Positions 24,062-36,926 of a DNA stretch of 64,000 bases are shown here, piece by piece. The DNA lies in the NCBI RefSeq assembly GCF_000143415.4, contig NW_003314383.1, positions 62,001 to 126,000 of the forward strand, in the 5' to 3' direction. A program made the translations under genes and the position numbers. The stretch's first letter is position 1, and each line of letters begins with the position of its first letter. This DNA is from Selaginella moellendorffii (lineage: Eukaryota > Plantae > Lycopodiophyta). The notes under the pieces are model-generated. The model saw only the letters and a list, made by a program, of their open reading frames with translations, made no database searches and was not told where the DNA came from.

Positions 24062-26668
24062 TTATGGTTTGTACCACAGGCAGCGTCGCAGTGACGTAGA
24101 GATGTGGAACACTTGACGAGGATGCTGGACCACGAGACAGATCCCGGCACAAGCCACAGCAAGTCCCACTGCCACTTTGACAATGGTTCTTCGCTTGTAT
24201 CTCAGGCTGCTCGAGTGCAAAAGGCGTGTGCTACACAGCCTCCCAAGAGTAGCAGCAGCACGCCCGTCCGCAAACCCCTGATACCGAAGGAAGTTAAAAA
24301 GGGCTATAGACAAAGCACACGTACACGCACCTCGTAAAGGCTTGCTTCTCGTTTGCCTTGATAAAGCAGCAGAACTTTGATAATGTCTGCCCTGTTGTGC
24401 GCCACTGCTGCTTGGAGAGCCTTTTCAATACCAACTCCATCAGATTGTCCCATTTGTCGAGCGGCTTCTAAGATTCGCTTTGTGGCAGCAGTCCATCCTC
24501 TTTCAACAGCAAACACTAAAAGCCGTTGGAGACGGCAAACGTGCAATGGCGTAGCAGAAACCCGTTTGGCCCGAGAGGTGTGACTGATCACCCAACCAAG
24601 GTCAACCAGTACCTCATGTGTCTCCAGCCTGCAAACATCTCGCCCCGAGCAGCAGCCAGAGCTTGAAGCTTTCAAATCCTGCTCCAGCGTCTGCACCTCT
24701 TCGCACAGCTGTTTGTCTGCTACAAGAAGCGGGACGGAGTTGCTAATCCCATGATCATAGCCTATCTGCATTAAGTGTGCCAAAATCACCTCAAGTCTGC
24801 AGAACGAACTTGACGTACCTCAACGAAGGCAACTCCCGGTCCTTGGGGGACGAGCACATCAATCTGTATGCTGGTGTAGAAGTGGCTGGAAGCGCGTATG
24901 CAACAGGGGAGATACTTTCCCCGTGAGGCAACCAGTACTCTGCCATATTATCAGGGCCCAGTTAGTTAGGGGGGAAGTAGATTTCGCCCGCCACACTCAC
25001 CTCGAGTTGAGCTTCAAGAGGTTGTGCCCCGTGAGGGTCACGGTCGCCTCAGTTCCTGCCTCTACGCAGAGAGGAAACACTGCTTCAATTACTGGATACT
25101 TCTTGGTTGCTCTTTCACAAAGTGACGGCGACGAAACTGAACCTGTGCAAGCAAGCGTGAGAAAGCACGTGAGGATTACTACCTAATTACTAACTACCAT
25201 TGTGAATGTATGCAACTTGGTTGCCTAGAAATGCCAAGACAAAGCCTTTGTCCCAAAAGCCAGTCTCAGCACCGGTGGTAAGTTTGACAAGGTAGTCATT
25301 CCAATCTTCCTCCAGCTGTATCCAAAATAAAGAGTCTCGAGAAAGTGTGGCAGCCTCCAACACAGACGAACCTTGGCCCAGAGTGATTGCGGCATGGCGA
25401 TGAAGAGTGTGAGGATGGTGCACCCGGAGCGGATGTAGCCTTCAAGCTCCACAGGCATATTGGCAAGCCACTCCATAATCTGCGAAGGAGAAAACACGGA
25501 TGAGCCAACGGAGTTCAAGGGCATCGAGGGAATACCTGTCCTCGAAGTCTCCGTGGAAAGTCGGCGGGGTTCCAGTCATAAAACTTGAAGGATATCCGCC
25601 TTGTTGGACACTGCAGACGAGACGGGCATACACACTTAGCTAAGAGAGAAGTCATGGTCTGATCTCACCGGTGAGGTGTAGGTGGTACGCTTTGGGAAGC
25701 CCGACGTGGTGGACACGGATTGGTTGTTGTGTTGCTCTTGCTGCTCTTCCAGCAGCATTGCAAGCAGTGACTCCTCCCCGCTTGCAACATTGGTGTCAAC
25801 ACCGAATGAATCGTCGTCACCTTCATGGTAGGGTGGCTTGCTCCCTTGTAGCAAGCGCTGGGCATGCGAGCGGAGGCAGTAGAGGTCATTCGCAGAGGGA
25901 GCTCCTCCTCCTCCTGCCACGCCCTGCTGGACGTCGCTGACTGCAAGGGAGAAGGCATTAACGGCCGTTCCAACATGAAACGTAAACAGGGGTGCATACC
26001 ATCTGAGTTGGTAGTGGTGTTGGGAGCAGTGCCATGCTTGTCGCTGACCACGCTAGTGTCGCCAGACTCGGGCAGCTTGCGCCTCCTCCTGTCGTTGTGC
26101 CTCTCGAGCTTCCTCCTGCAGCTCCGCTTGCCCTCGTCAAAGTCGCCCAAGGGATGAAACCTGAGGAGAGCAAAAGGTCCTCAGAGGGGGGTGTATACAG
26201 CACGTCAACTTACTTGCCACATTGCTGGCAGTATCTCTGGTGTTGGCCGCGCACCCAGACGGACGTAGCATTGGCACAGGTGAGGCACACCCGGTGGCGC
26301 TGGTGGTAGCCCTTGAGAGCAGTGAGGTCTGCGTGACAGGCGGGGACCTGGCAGCGAGCACTAGAGAGCTTGGAACGCTTCTTGGACCTCTCCGCTTCCT
26401 CCTCGTCCTCCTCATCCGAGCACGCACACGGCACTCGGCCCGCCAGGAAGTTGGGGCAGCTCAGCCGCGGATCTCGCCGCCGCCGTTGCTGCTGCTCTTG
26501 TTGCTGTTGCTGCTGCTGCTGGTGGCTGTGGCCTGGCGCCTCCGCTCCCCCCTGCTCCGCCTCCTGGCCATGGCCGCCTCCCTTATCACTTGGATGTGCC
26601 AGCAACAAGACGCTGTCCCAGTCCCACAGGCTGCTGCTGCTGCTGTTGGGATCGTCGTCGTGGCCCAT
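24062..26668 (-). CDS. SPL7: SQUAMOSA promoter-binding-like protein, SPL7 clade (multi-exon)
   Basis: DPRLSCPNFLAGRVPCAC, SBP domain CQVPAC...YHQRHRVC...YCQQCGK/FDEGKRSCRRKLERHNDRRRR, KLYDWNPADFP and LEGYIRSGCTILT, plus a C-terminal hydrophobic helix (VACAGICLVVQHP). Confidence 0.92.
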
Positions 26669-26846
26669 TCTATCACTCACCTCCTACCTAGGCTATGGGG
26701 CTGCTACTGCTCAATTCACCGCGGCGCGCCCCTTGCACATGCTCAAGAGCGTCCCATCCCGGGCGGCCGCGCGGCCCCACCGCCCAGGATTGACTGTTTA
26801 TAACACAAACCCCCAGGGTTGAGGTAACCACCAGGTTGGGCTTGGG

Positions 26847-28184
26847 ATGGGATCCAGTAACAAGCATGGGATCCTCCGCCCCCTCCTCCTCCTCCTCCCC
26901 CTCCTCGCCTGTGCCCTCGTGCTCTCCTACACCCAGGAGTGGCAGCAGCAGCAGCCATTGGATGTGGCGCCCCCGCCGCAATGCGACATCTCCGCGGGCA
27001 GCTGGGTGTATGACCGCTCCTACCCTCTCTACCGCGCCTCGGACTGCCCTCTTGTGGAGCAAGGCTTCAGGTGCCAGGACAACGGGCGGCCCGACAGCAG
27101 CTACACCAAGTGGAGATGGAAGCCGTCACAATGCCACATTCCCAGGTCTTGTCGGATCATTTCCCCACCTCTTTCTTCATCAATCCTTGTCTGCTCTGCG
27201 CAGCTTCCATGCGGCGCGTATGCTCCAGCTGCTGCGAGGCCGCCGGATCGCGTTCGTAGGCGACTCCATGGGCCGCACGCAATGGGAATCTCTCGTCTGC
27301 ATGCTGCTCACCGCCGTCGCCGACAAGTCGTCCGTGTGGGAGGTGAACAACCGGACGATCACCAAGCGTGAGCCCTACCTGGCGTTCCACTTCGCCATGC
27401 ACAAGGTGACCGTGGAGTACCACCGCTCCCCGTTCCTGGTCCAAGAGTCTCCGCCACCCAAGCACGCCCCCAGGAGAGTGCGCTCCATCCTGCGCCTCGA
27501 CCAGCTGGAAGCGTCGCGCACACGCTGGGCGGACGCGGACGTGCTCGTCTTCAACTCTGGTCATTGGTGGAATCCTTCCAAGACGCGCCAAGTGTTTGTA
27601 TCTTGCCCCACCCGTGTTGCTCGAGGATTCACGTTGGTCGCTGCGCAGGGGCTGCTACTTTTACGTGGGGAACACCCTGCGCCTCGGGATGAAGCTGGAG
27701 GCTGCTTATCAAGCAGCACTCAACACATGGGCTCGCTGGGTAGACAGCCTCGTCGACACCAACAAGACTCGCGTTCTCTTCCGGAGCCTCGAGCCTTCGC
27801 ACTGGGAGTACGTATGTTAGTTGGTCTGTGTTTACTTGCTTACACACACGCCTTTGACTCATCAGCTGGCCGAGGAAGCGATGCTCCTTCCAGAGGCAAC
27901 CAAATGCCAGCAGCCTCGCCGCCCCCAGCAGCATCCCGCAGCTCGCACTGAACCGGATCCTCCATCGAGTTGTCCAGGGCATGAACAAGAGCGTGGGAGT
28001 CCTCAACATCACCACATTGTCCCACTCCAGAAGCGATGCTCACGTTGGCCGCTGGAGCCCAGGACAGCCCCCTCTCGACTGTAGCCACTGGTGCCTCCCC
28101 GGCGTGCCAGACACATGGAACCAACTTCTCTACGCCACCCTGCTCAGCAACAAGAACAACAGAGTCGCTACCTCCTCAAACTGA
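26847..28184 (+). CDS. Trichome birefringence-like (TBL/PC-esterase) O-acetyltransferase
   Basis: N-terminal TM, CDISAGSWVYD, NGRPD...WRWKP, FVGDSMGRTQWESL and DCSHWCLPGVPDTWN. Confidence 0.95.
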
Positions 28185-28254
28185 ACCCACTTGTTTATGC
28201 TCAAGGTTTATCGGATACGTCGACTACACACAAAAAAAGGCTCCCCCACCTAGC

Positions 28255-28937
28255 CTAGTTGATTGTGGCAAGCAGGTCCCCCACTTTGCAAAAGCAATGC
28301 TTTTCGCTTGTGCCAAAGTTGACCTGCAATTCCAACCATTAGTCGAGGCACAGGCACAAACCAAGCTCCCACCTCGTAAGCATTTATATCAGAGAACATC
28401 ACCTGCCAAACAAAGTGTCAACTTTGAACCAAAACATAATTCTTGAGTACCTTCTGGCCCCTCTCAACAGATCCAGCATCCTTCCCTACGGATATCACCT
28501 GCACATATACCACCACCGTCAAAGAGCATCAAAGACCACTCACTGTGCACTTACCTCCCCAACGAGATAACGCTCAAACTTGACTGCATTCTTAGGAAGA
28601 AGCACTCCACCTTCAGATTTCTAGAGGAAGAAAAGACCGTCAGATTTCTAGAGAGGGGAAACAATTCTTGCTTATACCTCGGGAAGCTCTTCCAATCGAA
28701 CGAGCACTCTGTCAGCCTGGGGAGATACCTGCATTTCCGGCCGAGTCAGGTGGAGACTAATCCGCTATTCCAGACCTTGGAGGTATCCACAGCAGCGGAG
28801 GCTCTAACGGAGGCGAGACGCGGCCTTCGGCGGGCCGGAACAGCAGCCACAGCTTTACTAGACGAGCCAGCGGTAGAAGGACAAGGTGCACAAGGGACTC
28901 GCAAAGGAACACCAATCATCGCCATCGCCATCGCCAT
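28255..28937 (-). CDS. CPN10: Chloroplast 10-kDa co-chaperonin (CPN10)
   Basis: Transit-peptide-like N-terminus. Spliced exons give VSPQADRVLVRLEELPE, KSEGGVLLPKNAVKFERYLVGE, MFSDINAYE and HCFCKVGDLLATIN*. Confidence 0.88.
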
Positions 28938-29015
28938 CGCCGTAGGGTAGAATCTTTTCTCAACAAAACCCTATGTGTTCCTTCTGTTACAGATGTTTGA
29001 GATTACACTGTTTGT

Positions 29016-31381
29016 TTAGTGAAGGGCCGTGAGCTCTTTGGCAAAGCTGGGCCGTAGGCATTCTTCAGTCAGGGCTGCAGTGAGCATCTCTGCCGTGAAA
29101 GTATCATCGGGTTTCAAGCCCAGCGCCTGCAGCGCACAAGTGAGAAAACAGGCAAACAAGCATCTCACGAGGAAAACCTTGTGATAAAAGTCGATGGCGA
29201 TACCAGTGCTTCCCTACGTTAGGAGGCAAAGCGTTAGAAGGGGCGTGGTGTCAAGAGCACAGAGAGAGGCACCTGAAGGTGATGGGTGAAGCCCAGCGCT
29301 GCATATGTCGTAGCTCCACGAGGGCAAAGAGCCAAGGCTTTCTCGTACATGGATATCGCCTCCGGATATAGTCTGGTGGCACACACTAGAGCTCGTCACG
29401 ACGAGACCAAGAAGCACACGCTTACTTGAGTTTACGCAAGGTATGCGCCAGGTTGACAACAGTAGGCTCCCAACACAAGGTCAGGCTATTCCTCGTCTCT
29501 TGGACAAGAACCAAGGCCTTGCGTAGCCACCGAGCTGCTTCTTCGTACCTGCGGCAAACAAGACTTTTAAAACCCCCGCCAGTCCGCATCAAACAGTATG
29601 CCTACTCCCTGTTGCGGTAAGCCATGACACCGAGCTCGTTGTACACGAGAGGATCGGTTGGACAGATCCCTTTGGCCTGCATAAAGAACTGCGCAAACGA
29701 GAATGCTGACAAGGACGATGGCGATGATCATGCAAACCTGCTCGGCAAGGTTGAGGTTGTTTGTTCTTAGATACTCCATGCCGATGCACAAAGCGGGCAT
29801 GTGGCAACTGCATTAACAGCATAAAACATTCAGAGCGCGCCAAGTTCCAACCTCCCCTTACCCGGAGAAGAGACGCGCAGCGGTTCTGTATGCCGCCATA
29901 GCCTGGTCACTTTCGTCCTGGGCTGCATACGCATTGCCAAAACCCAGCCATGCAGGATAAAATGCCCCGTCCAACGTCGTTGCCTTGCTGGTGTGGCCAG
30001 TCAGAAAACACTTGGGAGATGCCTACAATCAGGAGATGCCTACCAGAAGTAGCGACGGGCGTGATCAAATTGCCGGATGCAGTAGTAGTAGCATCCCACG
30101 GCGAACCAAGCAATGGGCCTGCAGCAAAGTTTTGAGTGAGGCATACAAACTTTGACAGGTGGTAAGTACCTTTGAGAATACTCTTGGACGAGATTGTGTG
30201 CTCTTAAAAACAGCTCGTTCTTGCGCCCAAGCTCTAGTGCGGCACCTAGATGTAACGGCATACACTTGAGATGGTAAGGATCCTTTTCGAGCAGCCTAGA
30301 TGAAAGCGCCAAATGACATTAGACTGACAATGCGGGAGCTTACGTCTTTGTAATGTCGTAGCACAATTGAAACTCTCCTCGATGATAGAGGTAGTCTGCT
30401 CTGCATGCCAAGACGTCGTTGTTATCCTTCAACGACAGGCCCACGTTGCTGTGTTTCTGTGGTTCCCTTTCCAGTTCAGAAAGCTTGGACTCGAGCGCAC
30501 TTATCTGCCCATATTTCTTGGCTTGACAAGAATAAAGCAGTGAGAGCCAGCGATCGTCTGCATCGAACTTGAGAGACGACAGGAAGGCTACTTCTGAAAC
30601 GAGGAAATGCGTCAGAAAGTGAGAAGCATCCTAACCGGGTGGCAAGCAACCTTTCTCGCTGGAGAGCATGTGGTTGTCTACGATGTGCTCGTACGCCTAG
30701 AGCATGCTGGTCAGCACCTGGTTCCAAAACACGATTCTGCCTTACCTCGTAACAGTATGGGTCTACTCTAAGGGACGCCTTGTACCTGAACGTAAGATTA
30801 GTACTGTCAAGCAGCGAGCTGATTGCAAAAGTTACCAGCAGAGAGCTCTGGTCCTGTTTTCCAGAGCTTCGCATGCGCGCCCTCGCAGCAGGCACAGCGC
30901 GGCAGCGATCTGGGAAAAAAAAAAACGAGCGAGGACATGAGTTGCTAGTATACCAACACGAGGGGCCAACATTGATGCCTGCTTGGTGGCCCGACTCTGG
31001 ATCAATGTCGTCCTTCATGGGGTAGTTTCCATGCTGGTCAACCTCGTAGTCGCCCAGTACCGAGAGGCACTCGTCCCATTCCTTGATCTCTTCCTGCCGG
31101 GTGAGAGTGCCAGAGTCAGCGAGCCAAACGAGTGTGAGACAAGAGACCAAACACTTTGCGGCGAGGTAGCGGTAGCGAGGGTGGAGGTGGAGGAGGCCGT
31201 GAGTGCGAAGCAGATGCAGCGCCCTTCTAAACTGTCTGCCCTGGAAGAGTGCCTGTGCGTGCAAATGCACATCCTCTTCCGTGCCTCCCACCGTCACCAG
31301 CTTGTCAGCCAGGAAGATGGCAGACGCATGAAGATGCTTGTCCAAGCAGTCCCTCACCATCGCCCGCAGCTTGTTCTCCAT
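29016..31381 (-). CDS. APC6: Anaphase-promoting complex subunit 6 (CDC16/APC6), multi-exon
   Basis: LRAMVRDCLDKHLHASAIFLADK, WFAVGCYYYCI, IGMEYLRTNNL, DPLVYNELGV, TPR repeats and ALGLKPDDTF. Confidence 0.92.
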
Positions 31382-31497
31382 CGCGCTCCCTCACCTTAAA
31401 CCCTAGGAAGGAAGCGAGAGAGAGAGAGAGAGAGAGAGAGAGTGAGGCAGGAGGAAGCACTCAAGTTAAAATTCCCGGTCCACAACACATGGAGAGA

Positions 31498-32160
31498 TCA
31501 CAGCAGGTACTTGCGCGCAAGTGCTCGCACCCTGGTGTCGAACTGAGCGGACGTGATCCGGGATCCAGGCACGTAGAGCGGGTTGAGAAGGATCTGCGCA
31601 AACCAAAAACAAGAGGAAAGAAACTTGGCGACAGAGGCGTTGGAAGCGGCACCTTGATGTAGAGCTCGTGCACTTCCTGGAAGAAGCTTTTGATGCTGTC
31701 CTCGCTGCGGGAGTCGTGCAGCAGCATGAGCCGCGTGCGTGCGGAGGGAGAGGAGAGTCAAGGGGCATATCATCAAAGGCGAGGCTGTCTAAAGGATATG
31801 GCCAGCAGTCATGTAGACCGAGACGAGGAGCTCGTTGAATTTGTCCACTCCTTTCATGAACCTGGCCCGTTCATGGTGTGTGTTCATGAACAATCAGCAA
31901 CCAAGATGTGTGCGATGGCGGGGGGGGGGGGACTTACATGGAGTTGACGGTCCATGCCACATCCTCCACCACGTCCAGCGCCGCGTGCAGCACGAACTGA
32001 TGCTGGTGCATCGCCTCGTCCCTCTGTCAATACCCAAGCAAGCACGCTTCCATTTCCCAGCCATTTGCGCCTTGTGTACCTTGGGGGCATTTCCCAGCTC
32101 CGTCTCGTAGATGGGACTGTTGTTGCGACCCACGATGACGAAGCAGGCGGTCGTTGCCAT
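31498..32160 (-). CDS. TRAPPC2: TRAPP complex subunit 2 (sedlin/Trs20)
   Basis: MATTACFVIVGRNNSPIYE, HQFVLHAALDVVE, LMLLHDSRSEDSIKSFFQEVHELYIK and LLNPLYVPGSRITSAQFD. Confidence 0.93.
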
Positions 32161-32214
32161 TTGGATCCGCCACAAAAGCCCAGCAAAGCGAGCCCTAGCG
32201 ATCGAGTCTACAAA

Positions 32215-33983
32215 TCATATGTCCGAGGCGTAATAGTGTGTGGACGTATCCTCCTCGCCTCCCAGCTGCGGTCGCCCGTGGCTGCTGGCCGACACGCTCT
32301 TTCGCACGCTTTGCCTCCTCTCGTCGCCTCCAGCCTTCTTGCCCAAGTAGTGATCAAACCGGAAAATCTCCTGCGAGTGGATCACCTTGAGCTCCCGCAC
32401 CACGTTCTTATGCCTCTGCACCCATCGTCATCAGCACTATCATCATCAGCGTCGCCGGAGCACGCACGCACCTGGTGGCATCGCTCCAGGTCCTGCTCTC
32501 TGTTTCGCTGGAGATCGTCCCGAGCTTGCGCTGCTCGCTGGAGCAAAACCTCGAGCTCAACGTGCTGCTTGGACCGCAACGCGTTCTCTTTGGCGCCTAC
32601 TTCGTTCTGAAACGATTGCAGCGTCGCCTGCAGCTCTGCCTGCTCCATCTGGTCGGCCTGCCGCTTCAGCTCCTGCGCGTCGATGTACTTGCCTTGCTTA
32701 CCCAGGCATTCCTGCATCGGATATATTGGTACTTCAGATGGACGTGCCTTGGGTTCGAGGCAAATCCACGATACCTGGACCTTGCGCAGCCGTAGGAGCT
32801 CGCCGGACCACTGGGGCTTGGAGGGCGTCTTGGCATTCAGTTTGGTCCTCAAAGCTTGCAATGCAGCCGTGTGTTGGCGCTTCAGCTGGCCAGCATGTTC
32901 CATCACCTCACGGTGGAAGTTTTTAAGCTTGTCGTCCCAGAGCTGAGAGCAAGGGAGCAAGGTTCCAACGTTAACCTCCGGTAAGTTATCCACGTACCCG
33001 GTTCCTTTCTTCGAGCTCTCTCACGTACGCCTTCTTGGCCATCTCCCGTTCCCGCAGGTGCCTGTCAAGCATTGTCGCCCGCCGTTTCTCGTCTTCGACC
33101 ATCTAGAGCAACGAGCAAAGCGTTGGCTTGGCTCATCGTAAAGGTAAAAGAGGACCCCTGGACAACCTTAAGCTTTTGCAGCTTTGCGACCGCAGCATTA
33201 GCTTCCAGATAGTGGCCTTTCTTCTCGCATGTCCTCCTGAGCTCGTCCAGCTCCTTGATGGTGTCAACAACCTACACTGAGCACCACAACTTCAGTACCG
33301 TGCACCACCGCCGACACCCCACTGTACATACGAGGGGGATGTTGAGAGTGGAACCTTGGGATCCAGTGCCGGATACGTCTCCTCAAGATTCGCTCTCCTA
33401 CTCGGGCTTTTCTGGAGCGTTCTAAACACGTTTGGGGAGGAGCAAGTGCTCATGTTGACCGATCGCCTGCAAAGGCAATGTAGCTCAAGCCACAGTTGAT
33501 ACAAGACATGTGTGCGTACGCACCTCGAGTTGAGGAAAGAAGGATAACTCTCAAGCCGAGGCTGCAAAGCGAGGATGCATCAGTGTCCATTGCCAATTCA
33601 ATGTGAAGGAAAGTTACCCCGCTCGGGCCTGGGCTTGTGGGTTGCCTGGAGCTTGCCCTGTTGATGCTGCGGCTGCGGCTCCAGGGCGGGGCAAGCAACT
33701 CTTCGCCACTCTCCTCGAGGCTCTTCTTCCTGGGCCTGTCCTCCACGGGCACCAGCACCGCCGGCGTGGGCATGCTGAACGCGATGGTAGTGGAGTCATC
33801 GGGTGGCTCAGGCGACGGGGGCGGCGACAGCGCCGCAATCTCTTGAACATCGGCCGCGGCGTAGTCGATGTCCGACTCCACGGTCAGGGCTGGACTGTAA
33901 GGAGCGCCCTCTTCCTGCTGCTCCTCCCCCTCCTCCTCTTCAGCGGCAGGGGGCGGCGGCAGCGGGTCAGCAGCAGCAGCCAT
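32215..33983 (-). CDS. Uncharacterised coiled-coil protein with acidic/Pro-rich N-terminus (multi-exon)
   Basis: Spliced frames give ELRRTCEKKGHYLEANAA and LWDDKL...KPQWSGELLRLRKVQECLGKQGKYIDAQELK...RHKNVVREL, with heptad-rich composition. Confidence 0.75.
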
Positions 33984-34131
33984 GGCGCTCTACATGTGAA
34001 TGCATTCCAGGGGATTGGGTTGCGAGCGTGAGAGAGAGAGAGAGAGTGAGGTGGCGCGTGAAGCCTGCGACAGTTTCTCACCTTCGCCGCGGGAAAAAAA
34101 CCTTGCCCTAACGTACGTTTTAGGGCGCGCG

Positions 34132-34977
34132 ATGAGGTCAGCGAGGAAGAGGAAGAAGGAGGACGAGGACGAGGACGAGGATGCGGAGGAGGCGGCGGCG
34201 GAGAAGCGGGCGGCGCGGTTCGTGAGCATACCCTCAAAGCAGGTACAGGAGCGGATGGACCGGGCGGTAGAGCACCGCTTGTATCTCATCGACAAGGACA
34301 TCGAGACCGACTGCAGCCGCGGCAGTTTCGTCATCCTGGGTGCCACCGGGAATGTGTACAATGTGACGCTGGACAAGAATCCAAGCTGCGACTGCCCAGA
34401 CTTTGGCCGCTGCTACACTTGCAAGCACATCCTGTTTGTGCTGCTACGAGTTGTCAAGCTCCCGCGCACCGACCACCGCTTGTGGCAGAAGGCGCTCCTC
34501 TCCTCGGAGGTCAAGGAGCTGCTGCAGATGTGCGCGTCCAACGGCGAGGAGGCGGTGCTAGCCAGCCAGCGGGTGCGCCAGCGCTTCAAACAGATCCACG
34601 GCAAGGACAAGGACGAGGATGGACAGACGGAGGCCAAGAGCATCCAGAGGAGCATTGAAGGGGACTGCCCCATATGCTACGAGGCCATGGCAAGCGCAGA
34701 TGGTACCCCCGCCGAAGAGCTTGTCTTTTGCAAGTCATGCGGGAACAACGTTCACAAGGACTGCTTTGACCGCTGGAGCCGCAGCAAGTCCTCGTCCTAT
34801 TCCAAGGTCACTTGCATCTACTGCAGGGCGGTGTGGGAGCACAAATGCGGTGCCACAGCCGACGCTAGCTCCTCCGGCTATGTCAACCTGGCGTCCTACT
34901 CGGAGGATCACAACGAAGCCAACACCAGCCTCGAGGCCCTCTACCCCGACTGCTACGAGTGGATCGCAAGACGATGA
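34132..34977 (+). CDS. SWIM zinc finger plus RING/PHD-like protein (MAP3K1/ZSWIM2 N-terminal-like), intronless
   Basis: LGATGNVYNV...CDCPD...CKHILFV (SWIM) and CPICYE...CKSCGNNVHKDCF...CIYCR (RING). Confidence 0.92.
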   Translation: MRSARKRKKEDEDEDEDAEEAAAEKRAARFVSIPSKQVQERMDRAVEHRLYLIDKDIETDCSRGSFVILGATGNVYNVTLDKNPSCDCPDFGRCYTCKHILFVLLRVVKLPRTDHRLWQKALLSSEVKELLQMCASNGEEAVLASQRVRQRFKQIHGKDKDEDGQTEAKSIQRSIEGDCPICYEAMASADGTPAEELVFCKSCGNNVHKDCFDRWSRSKSSSYSKVTCIYCRAVWEHKCGATADASSSGYVNLASYSEDHNEANTSLEALYPDCYEWIARR

Positions 34978-34998
34978 AGATAAGGTGGTTTCCAATTT

Positions 34999-36849
34999 CT
35001 AGCTCTGCTCAATCCACACCCGCGGGTTGAAGTGTACAGGAGTTCCACGTAGGCTGCACAAGCTTGCCACCTTCTTCACCGCTGACAAAATGTGACTCTT
35101 CTTTTCTTTCACCAATTCCTTCAACGCTTCCTCCCTCTGAGACGCATCCACTTCCCCATCCTGCGCTTCGTCACCCCCATCCCTTTGCCTGAACTTCATC
35201 ATCACGAACGTCTTGCTGCTGTCGTACTTGTTCTCAGTGTCAACAACGTGCTTGAGCTTTGGCTGCTGGCTTTCCTTGCTCTCGAAGAGCTCTGCGGACA
35301 GCCGCTTCGACAGGAGCTCCGTAAATGCCTTCTCGTCGCCGGGATCCAGATGCACAAGGATCATCACTTCCCAGCATCTCTTGAACTGAACTTTGCTGAT
35401 CTTCAACTCCCGCCGCACCACACAAGCCAGGTTGGAGGGGGGCAGGAGCTCCTCCGACCCCGTTTTGCCTTCCTTTATCCGTTGGACAGCAAGTCTCACC
35501 TGGGATAGCACAGGCGTGGAGTCCAGCAGCCGCATCACGTCCATGCAATCACGCAGGAGCTGCAGCTTATCGGATGGATCCTCCATTGTCACGTCGAAGG
35601 AGTTCCTGCGCATGGCGATGTCGTTGACGGCATTCACCAGATGGTAGCCGTGCTGTTTGTTCTGGTAAGGTGGGAGCACCAATATCTGGAAAAGGAGAGC
35701 GGGGTTGAAAAGATGCGTCAGAGAACGCTCCAAACTTACTTGACTGATGCGGAGCCTCGAACTGTCTGGGTAGTGAAAGAAACGGTAAACGTTACAGAAG
35801 CCGGTCACCTTGTGTACGTCCCTTGTCGTTTCAACAGCCACATAAACTTCCCAGCGTGGGTCATCCACTTCGATGCAGCTTGCACCTGTCGCTCAGTCTC
35901 ATCAATCCTCTCTACCTGAGAATACGACCTCACAAACCTTCCACAAACCATAGTACAAGTGGATTCAGCCTTTGATGCCAGACTCGTGACTCCGAGCTCG
36001 CTAGCTCGAGGCGGAAAACCTGAAAGCTCCCGTGATTGCAAAAGCAGTGGTTTAGGATGCACCAACCTGGTTTCGAGTGAAACTATCGGCCGGTGCTTGC
36101 CACGAGGCTATGTGTTCCGCATATTTCGATAAGAGATCACTGTGTAGTGAATGATAAGAGCAGCAAACCCCTGGTGTTCCACAAACCTGAACTGCGAGCT
36201 GAATGAGGAAAGTTGCTTGGAAAATATATCTCGGTTCTCGACTAAGCCATCGCCAAAAACGTCCTGCAGGCCCCACAATGTGAAAGACGAAACCTTACAA
36301 CTCGAAAATAAACCTTCAAGACATCTTCCAATTTCTCGCGAGACTTGGGAACCTGGAGACACTACTTGGTTAGATTCTTTGAGCTCCACAAAGAAGACCT
36401 TCTACAACTTACAGGAACGATCGAGTCGTACTTGATATCCGCATAGGCATGGAAGGAGGAGCTGTGCAACCAGATATCGACCTGAGAGAAAGAGATTATT
36501 CCCGTATTTGTGGTGATCCTGGCCAAACCTTGAGTCCTTTGTAGCCGTAGATTTTGCCGCTCTCGCCGAAGTGCTCTTCCAGAAATGTGGGGCAGAAGCC
36601 TAGATTGCTGTCTTGGAAGTCATCGATGGAGCTGACTGTGAGGAGGACAAGCGGCAATGAGAAGACGAAGCGAGAAAGGAAACGGCATTTATACCGAGGT
36701 GTAGTTTGATGGCGTCTTTGGCCAGGCAAAACTCCGCATTTCGATCTGCAAGGGGACAAGTGACTCCCGACCGTGGCGAGTGAGGAAAACACACCTGCGG
36801 CGCTAGAGAAGGCCACTTTCCGCCGCTTGCTGCTGCTCTCGTCCCCCAT
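34999..36849 (-). CDS. HAT1: Histone acetyltransferase type B catalytic subunit (HAT1/HAG2)
   Basis: [44 protein letters not shown] and DVTMEDPS. Confidence 0.92.
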
Positions 36850-36926
36850 GGCAAGAACTAGGGTTTAAGGGAGGAGCTGCCCTAATTTCCTAATTTAGTG
36901 GATTAAATCTATAGCATTTTTACGTC

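Noticed and set aside
26484-26522. CAG/CAA repeat
   Set aside because: Ordinary poly-Gln tract in SPL7.
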